In this document: in pieces, positions 32,235-43,310 of the stretch
How positions within the stretch are numbered: position 1 is the first letter of the stretch
Layout of the letters: every line of letters starts with the position of its first letter
IMG/VR virus record: IMGVR_UViG_3300012979_000027
Coordinates: 96,001-160,000 of that record
Direction: 5' to 3' (one strand)
Source: a virus
Taxonomy: Duplodnaviria; Caudoviricetes
Length of the DNA: 64,000 nt
The notes under the pieces: generated by a model
What the model saw: only the letters and a program-made list of their open reading frames with translations
What the model was told of the DNA's origin: nothing
The model's database searches: none
Program-made: the position numbers and the translations under genes

Positions 32235-33147
32235 TGATATATCCGTGCTGAATATTAACTTGCTCTTTCTTCTGGAAAGCAGAAAACCATTCATTAATTT
32301 TTCTGTATATATTCCAGAGTTCTAATTTTTTAATCAAGCTCTTAAAGTCTTCTTTATTTGCCACTACTTCTTTTTCAATAGACATTTCATACCAATCAAT
32401 TTCATCCTGATGATTCATAATTTCATCAAGCTTCATCAACTTAATATTACGCTCGAAAATATCAATTTCTTCTGGCTTCAAAATGCCTGATTTCTTTAAA
32501 GACTCCATATCAAAGGATTTCCCTAAACAATCTATAACTTCTTCGATACGAGTTTGTCTGATACCCTTTACTCCAGAAATATTATCTGCAATATCACCTC
32601 TGAGTGACTTTTTGATAATAAATTCATAACCATCATTCACTGCAAATTTCTGTTTAAGAAAAACTTCGTTAATTTGCATCTTTCGTTTAGGATTATAAAA
32701 TATATTTCCATTCAGCTCAGGGACAATGAGCTGATACATATCAGTATCTGTTGTAACAAGAATACATTCATTCGGATACTTCTTAGCGCACAACCAATAC
32801 ATAATATCATCCGCCTCAAAATTCTTAGGAGTCATCTGTTTAACCCCTAAAGAATTAAGAATTTTAATGATGAATGGCATATAAGAATAAACCTCTGCAT
32901 GGTCTGGTCGAGTTCCTTTATATTCTTCAAGAATCTCCTTACGTTCATTGATAGAATTTTCCTCTCGATAGTCCCAACAAACAATTATCTCAGAAGGTTC
33001 AAAAAGACGAATATAACTCTTCAAAATATTCAGGAATACATAAACTGAATATGAAGAGACTTCTTTATACTCAACCTCATTCTTTTTATATGCCCAAAAT
33101 GCACGATGAAGCAAGTTATTGCCATCTATAACTAATCGCTTTCTCAT
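32203..33147 (-). CDS. 5'-3' exonuclease / T4 RNase H-like
   Basis: IDGNNLLHR, YKGTR, EADD, TDTDMYQL and GDIADNISGVKG. Confidence 0.92.
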   Translation of the reverse strand: MRKRLVIDGNNLLHRAFWAYKKNEVEYKEVSSYSVYVFLNILKSYIRLFEPSEIIVCWDYREENSINERKEILEEYKGTRPDHAEVYSYMPFIIKILNSLGVKQMTPKNFEADDIMYWLCAKKYPNECILVTTDTDMYQLIVPELNGNIFYNPKRKMQINEVFLKQKFAVNDGYEFIIKKSLRGDIADNISGVKGIRQTRIEEVIDCLGKSFDMESLKKSGILKPEEIDIFERNIKLMKLDEIMNHQDEIDWYEMSIEKEVVANKEDFKSLIKKLELWNIYRKINEWFSAFQKKEQVNIQHGYINDYFDIFQSS

Positions 33148-33148
33148 T

Positions 33149-33454
33149 TTAGAATAAATTTAAGATTTCTGGTTCTTTTTCATTTAATTTAAGTTCTGAA
33201 TCTGCCTTTACGACTTCAAAAACATCATCAGGTAACTTTTCTACAAAGTCAAACATTCGCAACTCAGGGTGAACCGGGTGATATGTATCAGTATTCAATG
33301 CCTTTTGTACTGTAGAATTATTCATTAAAAACAGTTCTCCAGTATGAGCATCAAAGAAAAGTAAACGGCCTTTATATTCCTTCACATAGATAAACATATG
33401 AAAGCGTTTTACCTTTCCTAACTGACAATATACGTTCCCAGGTTCAATGTTCAT
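33149..33454 (-). CDS. Hypothetical protein
   Basis: ORF within the replication operon. Confidence 0.65.
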   Translation of the reverse strand: MNIEPGNVYCQLGKVKRFHMFIYVKEYKGRLLFFDAHTGELFLMNNSTVQKALNTDTYHPVHPELRMFDFVEKLPDDVFEVVKADSELKLNEKEPEILNLF

Positions 33455-33776
33455 TGCGTTCTTTATAAAATGGTGATTCTATATCATTAATTGTGATTTC
33501 CTTATCAGCAAGTTCCTGTAAAATGATATTCAACGAAGAAGTTTTAAGATAATAATTTCGGGGCCACTTATTTCCTCCATCATTAATTTCAAACAAAATC
33601 TTGAACTCTTCAATCCATTTATAACAAGTAATAAAAACCGACTCTCTTCCAGGACTAACGCAAATAGTCCATTTACGAGAATCTTCGGGCGCGTATTTGT
33701 CAAAAATACGCATTACAATATAACCCGAATCACGTAGTCTCTTAATAAAATAACCTGGTGTATCAATCTTGTTCAT
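33444..33776 (-). CDS. Hypothetical protein
   Basis: ORF within the replication operon. Confidence 0.65.
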   Translation of the reverse strand: MNKIDTPGYFIKRLRDSGYIVMRIFDKYAPEDSRKWTICVSPGRESVFITCYKWIEEFKILFEINDGGNKWPRNYYLKTSSLNIILQELADKEITINDIESPFYKERNEH

Positions 33777-34543
33777 TTCATCTTCGAATTGAAAAGATAT
33801 TTTACGAGAACTCCCTCAGAAATACAGGTAAACAATAGAGCCTCAAAAGTCTTAATCTTATTTCCAATCTTAATAACTTCCAACTGGATTTCAGGGATAG
33901 AAAGGTTCAATGAAGAAAGAGAATCAACCGCGATAATAACCTTATCATCAATTGTACCTTCACCGTCTACACTTATAAGAAGAGAAATATTATCAATATT
34001 ACTGATGGTTCTATCATTAAGTTCCGCAATAAGTCCGTTTTCATTCTGATAGAAATATACTTTATTAGAACCGTCTGCGAAGCTCGCAATATGAAGAATC
34101 TCTTTAATCTGGCCCTTATCCAACTTGGTCTTATAAGTAGATTGGAAATTATCAAACCACTTAGCAGTTACATGCTTAGGAATTTTCTGAGCAGGAAGGT
34201 CATCAAGAATAAACTTAGCTCCGGTTACCTTAGAATTACGGAAATAAATGTAGTTATTCTTAATCTCAAAAGTAAATGTTTCCTCTTCATTCATAGAAAG
34301 AAGTTTAATAAACTTTTGAAGGTCCGGAACATTAATCTCATAAGATTCATTCTTTGCAAGATTAATATCATCTTCATTAAGAATATGAACCTTAGAACAG
34401 ACAATAATACTAGATGAATCTTCCGAACATGCGATACACTCAATATAATTCTTATAAATCTTTAAGGTAGCACCGCCCTTAAAGACTCCCGAAATTGCAG
34501 AAATGAATGTTTGAAACTCCTTAGTTGATACTGTTATTTTCAT
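33773..34543 (-). CDS. Putative sliding clamp (gp45/PCNA-like)
   Basis: 256 aa; INVPDLQKFIKLL resembles the gp45 'IYDL..FL..L' segment; replication context. Confidence 0.65.
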   Translation of the reverse strand: MKITVSTKEFQTFISAISGVFKGGATLKIYKNYIECIACSEDSSSIIVCSKVHILNEDDINLAKNESYEINVPDLQKFIKLLSMNEEETFTFEIKNNYIYFRNSKVTGAKFILDDLPAQKIPKHVTAKWFDNFQSTYKTKLDKGQIKEILHIASFADGSNKVYFYQNENGLIAELNDRTISNIDNISLLISVDGEGTIDDKVIIAVDSLSSLNLSIPEIQLEVIKIGNKIKTFEALLFTCISEGVLVKYLFNSKMK

Positions 34544-35199
34544 TTTGTAGTCTTACGCTTCTTTTTAACTGGTGCTTTAGGTGCATCTTCTTCATCATCA
34601 GTAAGAGACATAGATACTTCTGGGTCATAAACTTCCATCTGTTGCTCCATTTGAGGCTCTTCACTTTGAAAAGAAGGTCCTTGAACGTCGGCTGCTTCAT
34701 CAAAGTTCACAGTCGGGTCCACTACATTAATTAACTTTTCAAGACGCTGAACAAGTAAACCATTAAGCACTGCTATATCTTCCAGCTGTTCTGTTACTGG
34801 AATCAATGCTTCCTTAACAGCTTCTACAATCATTGCATATTCATCGCTAGGAGGAACAGCAACTTGCTGAACAGGCATGGAATTTTTGCCCAAAAGCTTA
34901 TTAATTCGCTCTTCACGAGATGGCTTAGGAGGGGCGGGTTGATAATTCATAAATTGCATATTCTGTTCTGGATATATTTGATAATTCATCATAGGTTGAG
35001 GCTGAAATTGAGGTTGAGACTGAACCATTCCTAAACGTTGTCTTATACTATAATCAGCATTTTCTACTGCGTTAATATTTGCACGATTTCTATTACCAGA
35101 ATAATCGCCTTGCTCGTTTTCTTTATAAGATTTATCAATAAGTCTAAGGTCTCCCCCAGCCATTGCCAACAATGAACGAACTCCTTGACCGGGATTCAT
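34540..35199 (-). CDS. Hypothetical protein, Q/P-rich
   Basis: 219-aa ORF. Confidence 0.65.
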   Translation of the reverse strand: MNPGQGVRSLLAMAGGDLRLIDKSYKENEQGDYSGNRNRANINAVENADYSIRQRLGMVQSQPQFQPQPMMNYQIYPEQNMQFMNYQPAPPKPSREERINKLLGKNSMPVQQVAVPPSDEYAMIVEAVKEALIPVTEQLEDIAVLNGLLVQRLEKLINVVDPTVNFDEAADVQGPSFQSEEPQMEQQMEVYDPEVSMSLTDDEEDAPKAPVKKKRKTTK

Positions 35200-35252
35200 A
35201 ATTTTCTAAAAAGTTTCGGGGCTCATTTTGAGCCCCTTTTGTTAATGTTTAA

Positions 35253-36206
35253 TTAGAGCTTAGTTGTATCAAAACCATTCTTAGCAAACCAATCATCAAC
35301 ATCGCTTGCTGAAGTATCATTTGAGGTTGAAGTTGCTATGGCAACCGGCTTGGCTGCAAGAGCAGGCATTTCATCCGCTGTTACACCCTGAGTAGCAGGT
35401 GTTGTCTTAGCAGGGATAGAAGATGCCTCATCTGTATCAAGATATGTATCGCGGAAAAGCTTGGTAATTTCATCAAAATCAAGAGGCTGGTCAAGAGTAG
35501 TAAGGTCATGACAAGCATTATAAATCTCATGAATCTCTTCACGGGACTTACCAAGGTCAGTATCAGAAATACTAAACTCAGAAGTGCTATAATCATTCAA
35601 GCCATACTGATTCTTAGTTACACGAACAACAAGATTTACACCATCAGGGCTGAGGTCATAAACCTTAGGACCAACATTGATTTCAATATTCTTGTTACCA
35701 GAATACTTACGGGCCTGGTCAGTCCAAGACTTATCAAGTTCACCATTAAGAGCAGAAGTAATAAGATTCTGAAGCTTCTTACCCATATCAAGAATCTTTA
35801 CCTTACCCTCATTTTCAGGGTTAGTCGGGTCCTTGATAACATATACATTCACATAAGCGCCAGCCTTATAGAAAAGACGGTCATTCATTTCCTCCTGTTC
35901 CTCCTTGGTGCCCTTGTACTTAATACGATAAGAGTAATCACTAATTGGACACTTAGCACCCCATGTACGAGGAGAAAGAACAGCATGCCACTTACCGCTG
36001 GAATCCTGCCAACTATAACGCTGATACTTTACAAATGTTTTCTTAGAGACCTGCTCACGACCCTCCTTAAGATAAGGAACAAGTCGAAGAACATACTCCT
36101 TACCCACTTCAAACTTAAGCTTTTCCTTCCAAATGCCATCAGCACTGTTCTGAGACATTACAGAGTTCTTAACTTCGCTAAAAATATCATTAATATCGAT
36201 GTCCAT
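35253..36206 (-). CDS. Single-stranded DNA-binding protein (gp32-like)
   Basis: SPRTWGAKCPI, YVNVYVIKDPTNPENEGKVKIL, DYSTSEF and an acidic tail. Confidence 0.93.
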   Translation of the reverse strand: MDIDINDIFSEVKNSVMSQNSADGIWKEKLKFEVGKEYVLRLVPYLKEGREQVSKKTFVKYQRYSWQDSSGKWHAVLSPRTWGAKCPISDYSYRIKYKGTKEEQEEMNDRLFYKAGAYVNVYVIKDPTNPENEGKVKILDMGKKLQNLITSALNGELDKSWTDQARKYSGNKNIEINVGPKVYDLSPDGVNLVVRVTKNQYGLNDYSTSEFSISDTDLGKSREEIHEIYNACHDLTTLDQPLDFDEITKLFRDTYLDTDEASSIPAKTTPATQGVTADEMPALAAKPVAIATSTSNDTSASDVDDWFAKNGFDTTKL

Positions 36207-36219
36207 TTTCTTTATCTTT

Positions 36220-36846
36220 CTAATTTAATTTGTTTATTCTTTTACCTAATTTATTTCCTATTTCTTTTAACTTATTACTACTAATATATTTTTGTTTTGT
36301 TTCAGAAAATTTCTTATTAAAATTATTGAATAGAATTTCTGTATAATCAGTTTCTAACTGAGTTCTAGAAACATCTAAAGCATGAAGATGATAATAAGAA
36401 ATCTTTTGTTCATTGAGATGAACGAGAATCAAAGGAATATTATTTTCATTTACTGCAGTTCTGTATAGCTCAGTTGGTAACTTATTTGCGATACAAAAAC
36501 CTATGATGAAACGTATTCCTTCGATAAAATCGTTAAGAGATTTATCGCTATCTATATACTCATCGTACTTGATATTGTTGTACTTACTATATGCAACAAT
36601 GGCACTATGATGTAGATAATCACTTAACTTAGCATATTTAAGCTCCTTAATTTCTAAGTAAGCAAGAAAAAATATATAAGGAGAGACATGCTTAAACTGG
36701 TCAAAAAATACCTCTAAACGATAAAGAGTAGTTAAGGTATCTTTATCGAGTTTTTCAAAATTTTTACGTAACTTATAAGGTCTATCGTTTACTTTTGCTA
36801 TTGCTTTCAGATATTGATTATAAATGTTCGCTTGCTTTTCGTTCAT
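36220..36846 (-). CDS. Hypothetical protein, possibly gp59 helicase loader-like
   Basis: Size and position immediately upstream of gp32 only. Confidence 0.4.
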   Translation of the reverse strand: MNEKQANIYNQYLKAIAKVNDRPYKLRKNFEKLDKDTLTTLYRLEVFFDQFKHVSPYIFFLAYLEIKELKYAKLSDYLHHSAIVAYSKYNNIKYDEYIDSDKSLNDFIEGIRFIIGFCIANKLPTELYRTAVNENNIPLILVHLNEQKISYYHLHALDVSRTQLETDYTEILFNNFNKKFSETKQKYISSNKLKEIGNKLGKRINKLN

Positions 36847-37135
36847 TGCGAGTTTGTCCTATAGTTTTACCTAATTTTGAAATGTATTTTGAAGTTGCAA
36901 TAGATGGTTCTATAGATAATAATGTTCTATAGATTTCTAAGTCAGACTCTTCGTTAAGAACATGCTTTAAAATATTTCTATAACGTTCATCCGTTAAAAC
37001 CATCGCAAAAATATGCTGGAAATTAAGTTTCTTATTCTTAATCAATGAACAAAGAGTGGCGAAATTATAAACAATCGTCTTAGATTCTTCATAAACAAGA
37101 CCTTCGTACGGCGCTTTAATCTCATCGTATTCCAC
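36818..37135 (-). CDS. Hypothetical protein
   Basis: 105-aa ORF between the helicase and gp32 genes. Confidence 0.6.
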   Translation of the reverse strand: MEYDEIKAPYEGLVYEESKTIVYNFATLCSLIKNKKLNFQHIFAMVLTDERYRNILKHVLNEESDLEIYRTLLSIEPSIATSKYISKLGKTIGQTRNERKASEHL

Positions 37136-37146
37136 TATGCTATTAC

Positions 37147-38493
37147 TTATGATGCTTTTTCGATAATTTCATCTAAAGTTAGAGCATTTTCTATAGCAGT
37201 AATAGCGCATTTGTCTTCTTCACTTATATTATCGCTGCGACTTTCTCCCATATCTTCAAAACGAAGATTAACATGATTAAAATATAAGTTGATAGAGAAA
37301 CCGTTTCCACCTAGGCGGGATTTAAGGAAAGTGCATCTCATGATATTCATTTCCTTATCTTCGGGCTGCTGATTAAGATTAATAATAAGGTCAGCTTCGG
37401 AGGCAATCGCAATAGATTCAGCAATGTGGCTAATTTCTTGTGTTTTCTCCTTCATACCTTCACGATTAATTTGGCAAGCTGTCCAAAACGGTATATTATA
37501 TTTGTATGTTAAAGCACGTAATTTACGTGTTATCATCTTACCTGCTTCATTAGAATTATCTGCGCCATGAACAGTCAAAAGAGTAAGATAATCAATACAA
37601 ACTAAATCAAAATTATAACCTGACTTAATTAAACCATCTATATAACCGTCAATTTGTTCAACAGTCATTGTTGCAGGTGGGAACTCTTTGATAATAATAT
37701 TTCCATAATTTTTTGACTTAACTTTTTCTTTCAATTCCTCAGTCATAAATGCCAAAGAGTTAATCGGTAAGTCATAGAGAGCAGAATAAACACGACCTGC
37801 ATATACCTCTTCAGCCATTTCAAGAGATATTATTAGTACATTCTTGCCCATCTTAGCAGCATTAACTGCAATATTACCAAGCATAATTGATTTACCCATA
37901 TTTGTAGGTGCAGTAACAATAGAAAGACATTTACCTTTAGCTAATACACCACCATTTGTATATTTGTCAATTTCAGTAAAACCAGTCGGTAATTTATTCT
38001 CAGTAGTTTTAAGAGAATCAATAAACTTCGGCAAATCATTATAGATATTATAACCAGGCTCAAAGAGTAAAGATATACCGGCAATTTCCTCAAACTTATT
38101 AACAAGAGCAGAGGGGTCAACTTCTGATTTACCAATTTTATCTACTACTTTAGTAAGAGTTAGAAATGCTAATTTTTCTTTAATAAACTTCTCAGCTTTA
38201 GTATAAATTATATCCTTACTTACTGATTCTAAATCGATTGAAGATGTATCTTCAATTACTTTTTTAAAAGAATTAAAGAAATTAATGTCATTCGCAAAGA
38301 GTTTAATTTCATCTTTGGAAGGAATTTTAGAATAATTATTCCAAAAATCTTTATAAAATTTAGCAATTATATTATAGGAAGTTTCCGAAAATAAATCATT
38401 ATTTAAGTATCTTACAACTCTACTCATAAAAGTAGAATCATTAATAATAGATTTAATAATGAGCTTTTCTAAAAACTTTTTGTTAATTTCCAT
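37147..38493 (-). CDS. Replicative DnaB-like helicase (gp41-like)
   Basis: APTNMGKS, ISLEMAEE, IDYL, TACQINR and LKSRLG; probable start MEINK. Confidence 0.94.
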   Translation of the reverse strand: MEINKKFLEKLIIKSIINDSTFMSRVVRYLNNDLFSETSYNIIAKFYKDFWNNYSKIPSKDEIKLFANDINFFNSFKKVIEDTSSIDLESVSKDIIYTKAEKFIKEKLAFLTLTKVVDKIGKSEVDPSALVNKFEEIAGISLLFEPGYNIYNDLPKFIDSLKTTENKLPTGFTEIDKYTNGGVLAKGKCLSIVTAPTNMGKSIMLGNIAVNAAKMGKNVLIISLEMAEEVYAGRVYSALYDLPINSLAFMTEELKEKVKSKNYGNIIIKEFPPATMTVEQIDGYIDGLIKSGYNFDLVCIDYLTLLTVHGADNSNEAGKMITRKLRALTYKYNIPFWTACQINREGMKEKTQEISHIAESIAIASEADLIINLNQQPEDKEMNIMRCTFLKSRLGGNGFSINLYFNHVNLRFEDMGESRSDNISEEDKCAITAIENALTLDEIIEKAS

Positions 38494-38613
38494 TAAATTT
38501 ATTTTTATTTTTGTTCTAAACACTTTTTGAGTAAAAATTTTAATTTTACTTCATTGATAACAGAACTAATTTAAGTTTTACTTAAAATTAAGCGATTAAA
38601 TATGTGTACAACT

Positions 38614-40680
38614 ATGTTTTATGTTAGTAGAAATAAACTAATTGCTGAAATCCTTAACGAGGACCTTGCTTTTGACGGAAGCTCTAATAATCCTCGTAAA
38701 AGAGCTTCACTTATTCATAATAGTAATACGGAGCAACAAGAGGGAAAGAAGCAGTCTAAGGGTGGCCAGAAAAGATTTACTGGTGATACCGCTACGACTA
38801 ATCTTATTTTCCGTCTTCCTACCCGCGCGGAACTTGTAGCAGCTGAAGATGCTTGTAATATGCGTATCAGTGGTGACTATCAGATGGGCCAAATTATTGT
38901 CCTTTCTAAGATTCTGTTTGATTTTGACATTCTTCACAAGATTTATCGTGCTAAGAAAGATAACTGGAATGACCAAACTTATAACGCTGCAGAAATAGAT
39001 AAGTTGACAGCACGTGTTCGTCAGATATTCCAGCCTAAATTTTATGCTCCTGATACTCCTGTAGAGCAAATTGCTGAGGACCTTGAGAATTCTACTGATT
39101 CGCTTGAAAGAGAATATGGTGTTCGTATTCCTGAGCTCATTGGCGCAATTCCTTCCTGGAAAACTGCATTAACCGTTTCTCCAAAAACGAAATCTTCTCA
39201 GATGCCTAATGGATTTAGCCCGATTCTCATGAAGAATCTTATGACTCTTGTTGGTGATGATAAAGCTAAGAACATTTATTCTTCAGTTAATGAACTCTTG
39301 ATAGATGCTGCATCTAAGTTTAAGAATCCCAAGGTTTATGCAAAATATGTAGAACGTTGTCAGACTCTTCAAGCAGTTCTTAATGAACCAATTATGAAGA
39401 AAATTTTTGATAAAGCTATGACTTCCAATAATGTTACTGATGTTGAAGAGCTTGTACTTTTCCTCAATAATGGTCTTAAGAATAGTCGTGAAGAAAAGAG
39501 AACCGGTAACACTGTTGCAATTATTCATAATAATGCTCTTAAGGCAATTCAAAAGGCAGACTTGATGATGAAGCGTCATGGCTTTAAGGATGGTGTTCGT
39601 AATATCCATGATATGTTTGAATATCTTCAAGAATATCATCCCGAATCCTTTGCACATATTTGTCGTACTTATGGATTAAATGAGGATACCATCCATCAGT
39701 TCAATTCCTATCGCGAATTTTGTGATTGGCTTTATAGTGACCCAAAACGCCTTGGTCAAATTTATCTTTCCGCTCGAGTTGAAGGTAAAGGTGGTGCACG
39801 TATGAATGTTGTTTATAATGAACTTGATAAGAAGGAACGTAAAATACGTAAAGATGGTATGAAACGTGGGCCTCGCACTTCTTCAATTGATAAGAAGGAA
39901 GCTCGATTAGAAGAGATGAAAGAAGCTATTGAGCAATTGAAGAGCGAGATAGAAGAACTTCCTAAAGGTAGCCCTGAGCGCATTGAAAAAGAAACACTTC
40001 GAAAGAAACTTAGCAAAAAGTATACAGATTACAGATGGCAGGTAGAAAAAGCCAAGGCTAAGGTAGCAGAAGCTGAAAAAAATGGTATTGCAGCTCCTGA
40101 GGTAAAGAGTTATGATGATGAAATCGATGAACTTCGTAAACGCAAGGAAGCAATCAGAGACGAAGAATATAATCGTCTTAAGGATGATGTAGATATTGAA
40201 AAGTTTGAGGACAAGTATTCCAAGGAAGCCAATCGATATAGCACTGGTGAATTTGATATGGCTGAAGGTTATGTTACTATGGCTTTTTCACTTAATCTTA
40301 CCGCTAACGGCGCTGATGAAGAGGTTGCTGAATGGATTGAGCAGAAAACTGAAAAGTATTTTAACAACGCTGAACTTAAAGCCGGTAAGGAAGATTTAAT
40401 TAACGTTTCTTATGAACCTGGAAAGTATGAAGGCAAAATGCGTATGTATCCTTGCACCCGATTTGCGATTGACTATCCAAGGTCTTCCGCCCTTTATGCA
40501 AAGCTTAAGAAGATGGAAAAGTCTGAGCGTATTAAGTTTGTAGCCGAGTTTATCGAGAAGATTATTAACGCTGTTGATAAAGAATTTGGTCTTCATCTTA
40601 ATATTATTACGTCCGACAAGAATCATCGTATCGTAATAATGTCTAAAGAGGAATCGCCTAATTATCGATTCAGTCATTAA
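38614..40680 (+). CDS. Large hypothetical late protein with coiled coil (possible internal virion protein)
   Basis: TAAATA at 38597-38602; about 690 aa. Confidence 0.7.
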   Translation: MFYVSRNKLIAEILNEDLAFDGSSNNPRKRASLIHNSNTEQQEGKKQSKGGQKRFTGDTATTNLIFRLPTRAELVAAEDACNMRISGDYQMGQIIVLSKILFDFDILHKIYRAKKDNWNDQTYNAAEIDKLTARVRQIFQPKFYAPDTPVEQIAEDLENSTDSLEREYGVRIPELIGAIPSWKTALTVSPKTKSSQMPNGFSPILMKNLMTLVGDDKAKNIYSSVNELLIDAASKFKNPKVYAKYVERCQTLQAVLNEPIMKKIFDKAMTSNNVTDVEELVLFLNNGLKNSREEKRTGNTVAIIHNNALKAIQKADLMMKRHGFKDGVRNIHDMFEYLQEYHPESFAHICRTYGLNEDTIHQFNSYREFCDWLYSDPKRLGQIYLSARVEGKGGARMNVVYNELDKKERKIRKDGMKRGPRTSSIDKKEARLEEMKEAIEQLKSEIEELPKGSPERIEKETLRKKLSKKYTDYRWQVEKAKAKVAEAEKNGIAAPEVKSYDDEIDELRKRKEAIRDEEYNRLKDDVDIEKFEDKYSKEANRYSTGEFDMAEGYVTMAFSLNLTANGADEEVAEWIEQKTEKYFNNAELKAGKEDLINVSYEPGKYEGKMRMYPCTRFAIDYPRSSALYAKLKKMEKSERIKFVAEFIEKIINAVDKEFGLHLNIITSDKNHRIVIMSKEESPNYRFSH

Positions 40681-40699
40681 AAATATTTTAAAATTATAT

Positions 40700-40730
40700 G
40701 AAAACCCGCAGGTAAATCTGCGGGTTTTCC
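40700..40730. terminator. Bidirectional terminator
   Basis: gaaaacccgcag..ctgcgggttttc. Confidence 0.8.
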
Positions 40731-40732
40731 TT

Positions 40733-42199
40733 TTATTCATCTTCATTGAGAATCTGTTGTTCCATCTCGATGTCCTTTTTAATCGCTGCTTGTCGCTCAG
40801 CTTCAGTTTTATAGTGCCAGGCTTTTTCTACATAAGGTTGTAACTTATCAATAAAACTTTCCCAGAATTCTGCATCAAATTGGATATCTTTAGAATATCC
40901 GTAAAGTTCATCAGTTTCTGCATCATAGATACGGCCTGCACGATTAATTAATGCACCAAGTTCCAAAGCAAGGTCCATCAAACCATAATACTTAGAAAGA
41001 CCATTTTCAAATGAAAGGTACATATAAGCTTGGTTTAATGGCTTACAAATACGGTTCTTTACGCCGAGACCTCTGATTTCTATACCTACTTCACCATGAG
41101 AACCACCGACGGCTTCTTCTGTAATTTTACGGTCTTTATCACCGGCTTTTACATTATTAGCAGAAAGCTGTACAATGGTGGTCGGAAGGTATCGCACAAT
41201 CTTACCACCAGGCATCGGCTTAACTAATTGTGTAAACATTGAAGAGGGGTCATCGTAAATATGATTTGTGCAAATAATAGTAGTCTGAGTCATCCCGGCT
41301 AGAGAGTTACAGGCTTTAATGAGAGACTTCATAGAACCTGCATAAGAACCCATATCCTTAGATTCAGAACCCTTCTCCATTCTCTTATAATCCATCTCAG
41401 AAATCATAGCACCAAGAGAATCGATAATAATAAAGAATTGACCAATCAAACCAAGTTCATGCACATTAGAAAGGAATTTGTAAACAGCATTCTTACATTG
41501 CTCAATTGTCTTAACAGGAAAATAGATAATCTTAGATGTATCAAGACCGAGATTTGATGCGAATTCATGATCAATAGCAAACTCTGAGTCAAATATAACA
41601 ATTTGTTTACCAGCTTGTTGCGCTCTTGCCGCTGTTTGCAATGCCAGATATGTTTTACCACAGTTATGGTTGGAAATACCACCTGCCCAATATCGATGAT
41701 TATTATGATTGACCGTAATATCATATACTTTTTTTATACCAGTATCTTCAATTGAAGTTACACCCTCGTCACCAAATATCGTTTTTAAAATTACGCCAGG
41801 CTTAATATCTTCGATGGCGATCCATCCATCTTTTGCAGATTCAACCATATGAGTATTTGATGCTTCCAATATACAAGATTTTGTTTTAATTAATTTACAC
41901 TGCTTTTCTTGTTTAACGATAAGACGTATAATATATTGTAAATCATCAGGGGTATCGATTAATAGGCGAGAATTATTATTTTCAATTAAATCTTTAATAG
42001 AAACATCTTCCATATGTTGGAGAATATGTTGTCTAAAAAACGCATATAACTTTTCTTTATTTTTATTAAGTGTTAAGTGGTTTCCTTTATTAATGCGAGT
42101 TAACGTTGATAAAGACACCCCAGTAAGAGTTGCAATTTTACGTAAAGAGTAAAATTCCATTAACTCATTGACAATTTCTTTCATTGATATAATACTCAT
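40733..42199 (-). CDS. uvsX: UvsX/RecA C-terminal half preceded by HTH plus C-intein (IntC)
   Basis: ...VYDITV...ISNHN|CGKTYLALQ, followed by FDSE, IIDSLG, PGGK and KNR RecA motifs. Confidence 0.92.
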   Translation of the reverse strand: MSIISMKEIVNELMEFYSLRKIATLTGVSLSTLTRINKGNHLTLNKNKEKLYAFFRQHILQHMEDVSIKDLIENNNSRLLIDTPDDLQYIIRLIVKQEKQCKLIKTKSCILEASNTHMVESAKDGWIAIEDIKPGVILKTIFGDEGVTSIEDTGIKKVYDITVNHNNHRYWAGGISNHNCGKTYLALQTAARAQQAGKQIVIFDSEFAIDHEFASNLGLDTSKIIYFPVKTIEQCKNAVYKFLSNVHELGLIGQFFIIIDSLGAMISEMDYKRMEKGSESKDMGSYAGSMKSLIKACNSLAGMTQTTIICTNHIYDDPSSMFTQLVKPMPGGKIVRYLPTTIVQLSANNVKAGDKDRKITEEAVGGSHGEVGIEIRGLGVKNRICKPLNQAYMYLSFENGLSKYYGLMDLALELGALINRAGRIYDAETDELYGYSKDIQFDAEFWESFIDKLQPYVEKAWHYKTEAERQAAIKKDIEMEQQILNEDE

Positions 42200-43310
42200 A
42201 AATTATGTTTGCTAAATTTTTTGCTTGTTGATATTCTTCTAAAATTTTATTAGGTATTTCATAAAGATAAAAAACTTTATAGCCATTTTCCGTTGCAATT
42301 CTATATTTTAAATCATCATTTTCGTTGCTATCTTTTACAGTGATAACTTTATCATTTTTAAGATGCGTATCTGCATATGTTGGATGATATAAATGACCAT
42401 TATATTCTACTATTATATTGCATTCAGGTATGCATAAATCATAATAACGTATCTTTCCACTAGCAGTATCTATTAAATGAATTTCATTATCACCTAATAA
42501 ATATTGAAATTCTTTAAAATTAGGTGATAAATCTTTCAAATATGTTATTAAACGATTTAAAACCGTTAATGAACGTTTGGAATACTGTTTACTGAATTTC
42601 GTTCTCCTTATATTAATATTAATTCGTTCTTTTATAGGTCTTTTATAATATTTTTCTAATCCTTTATTAATAATTTCTCGTTGTTTAAGCTTAGCCTCTT
42701 TTTCCGTAAGACCATACCTTTTCATTATAACAGAAACTTTTCGACTTGCTGCATTTTTTGATAAAATTTCTTGAGCTTCTGCTTCAGAATACCCCCTTGT
42801 AATATAATATTCTTTACAAAAAGGATTCTTAGTTTTATCTAATGGGCGAGAATGCGATGACCTTAGAATTTTGATAGCTTTCAGCTTTCGTTTTTCAATT
42901 AAAGAGCGTATCTCATCACCTGTCAGATTCGGATGTATTCTTTTTAGATTATTAAAATCAAATATGTTCTTTTTAAATGTTATTTCTTTAATTTCTTCAG
43001 GGGATTTTTTTCTAAATGTTTCTTTTCGTTTGTTAACTTTAATTTGAATTAATTTTTCGGCTTCTTCTAATGTATAACCTCGTTCAAGATAAAAACCTTT
43101 TTCCATAAAATGCCAATAATCAAAAATATCACTTCTTTTTGGTGTATTAGTTCTTTCTTTTGCTTTAAGGTATTTTTTATAAAGATGATTAATTAATTCT
43201 AAATCCTGTTTAATCGGGTATTCACTATTTTTATAAGGAAAAATTAAACGGTAAAATTTTTTATCTACATACATTTCATCAAAACTTAATAATGTAGTCA
43301 CAGTATTCAT
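42165..43310 (-). mobile_element. Free-standing homing endonuclease (Vsr/DUF559/Hef-like) between the halves of uvsX
   Basis: RGYxxxEA repeats; C-terminal YYDLCIPECNIIVEYNGHLYH...D..K...A...GYKV...E. Confidence 0.8.

Noticed and set aside
35508-36284. 258-aa plus-strand ORF and similar antisense ORFs over gp43, NAMPT-like, prs-like and the acidic gene
   Set aside because: These lie opposite well-supported genes and show no motifs.
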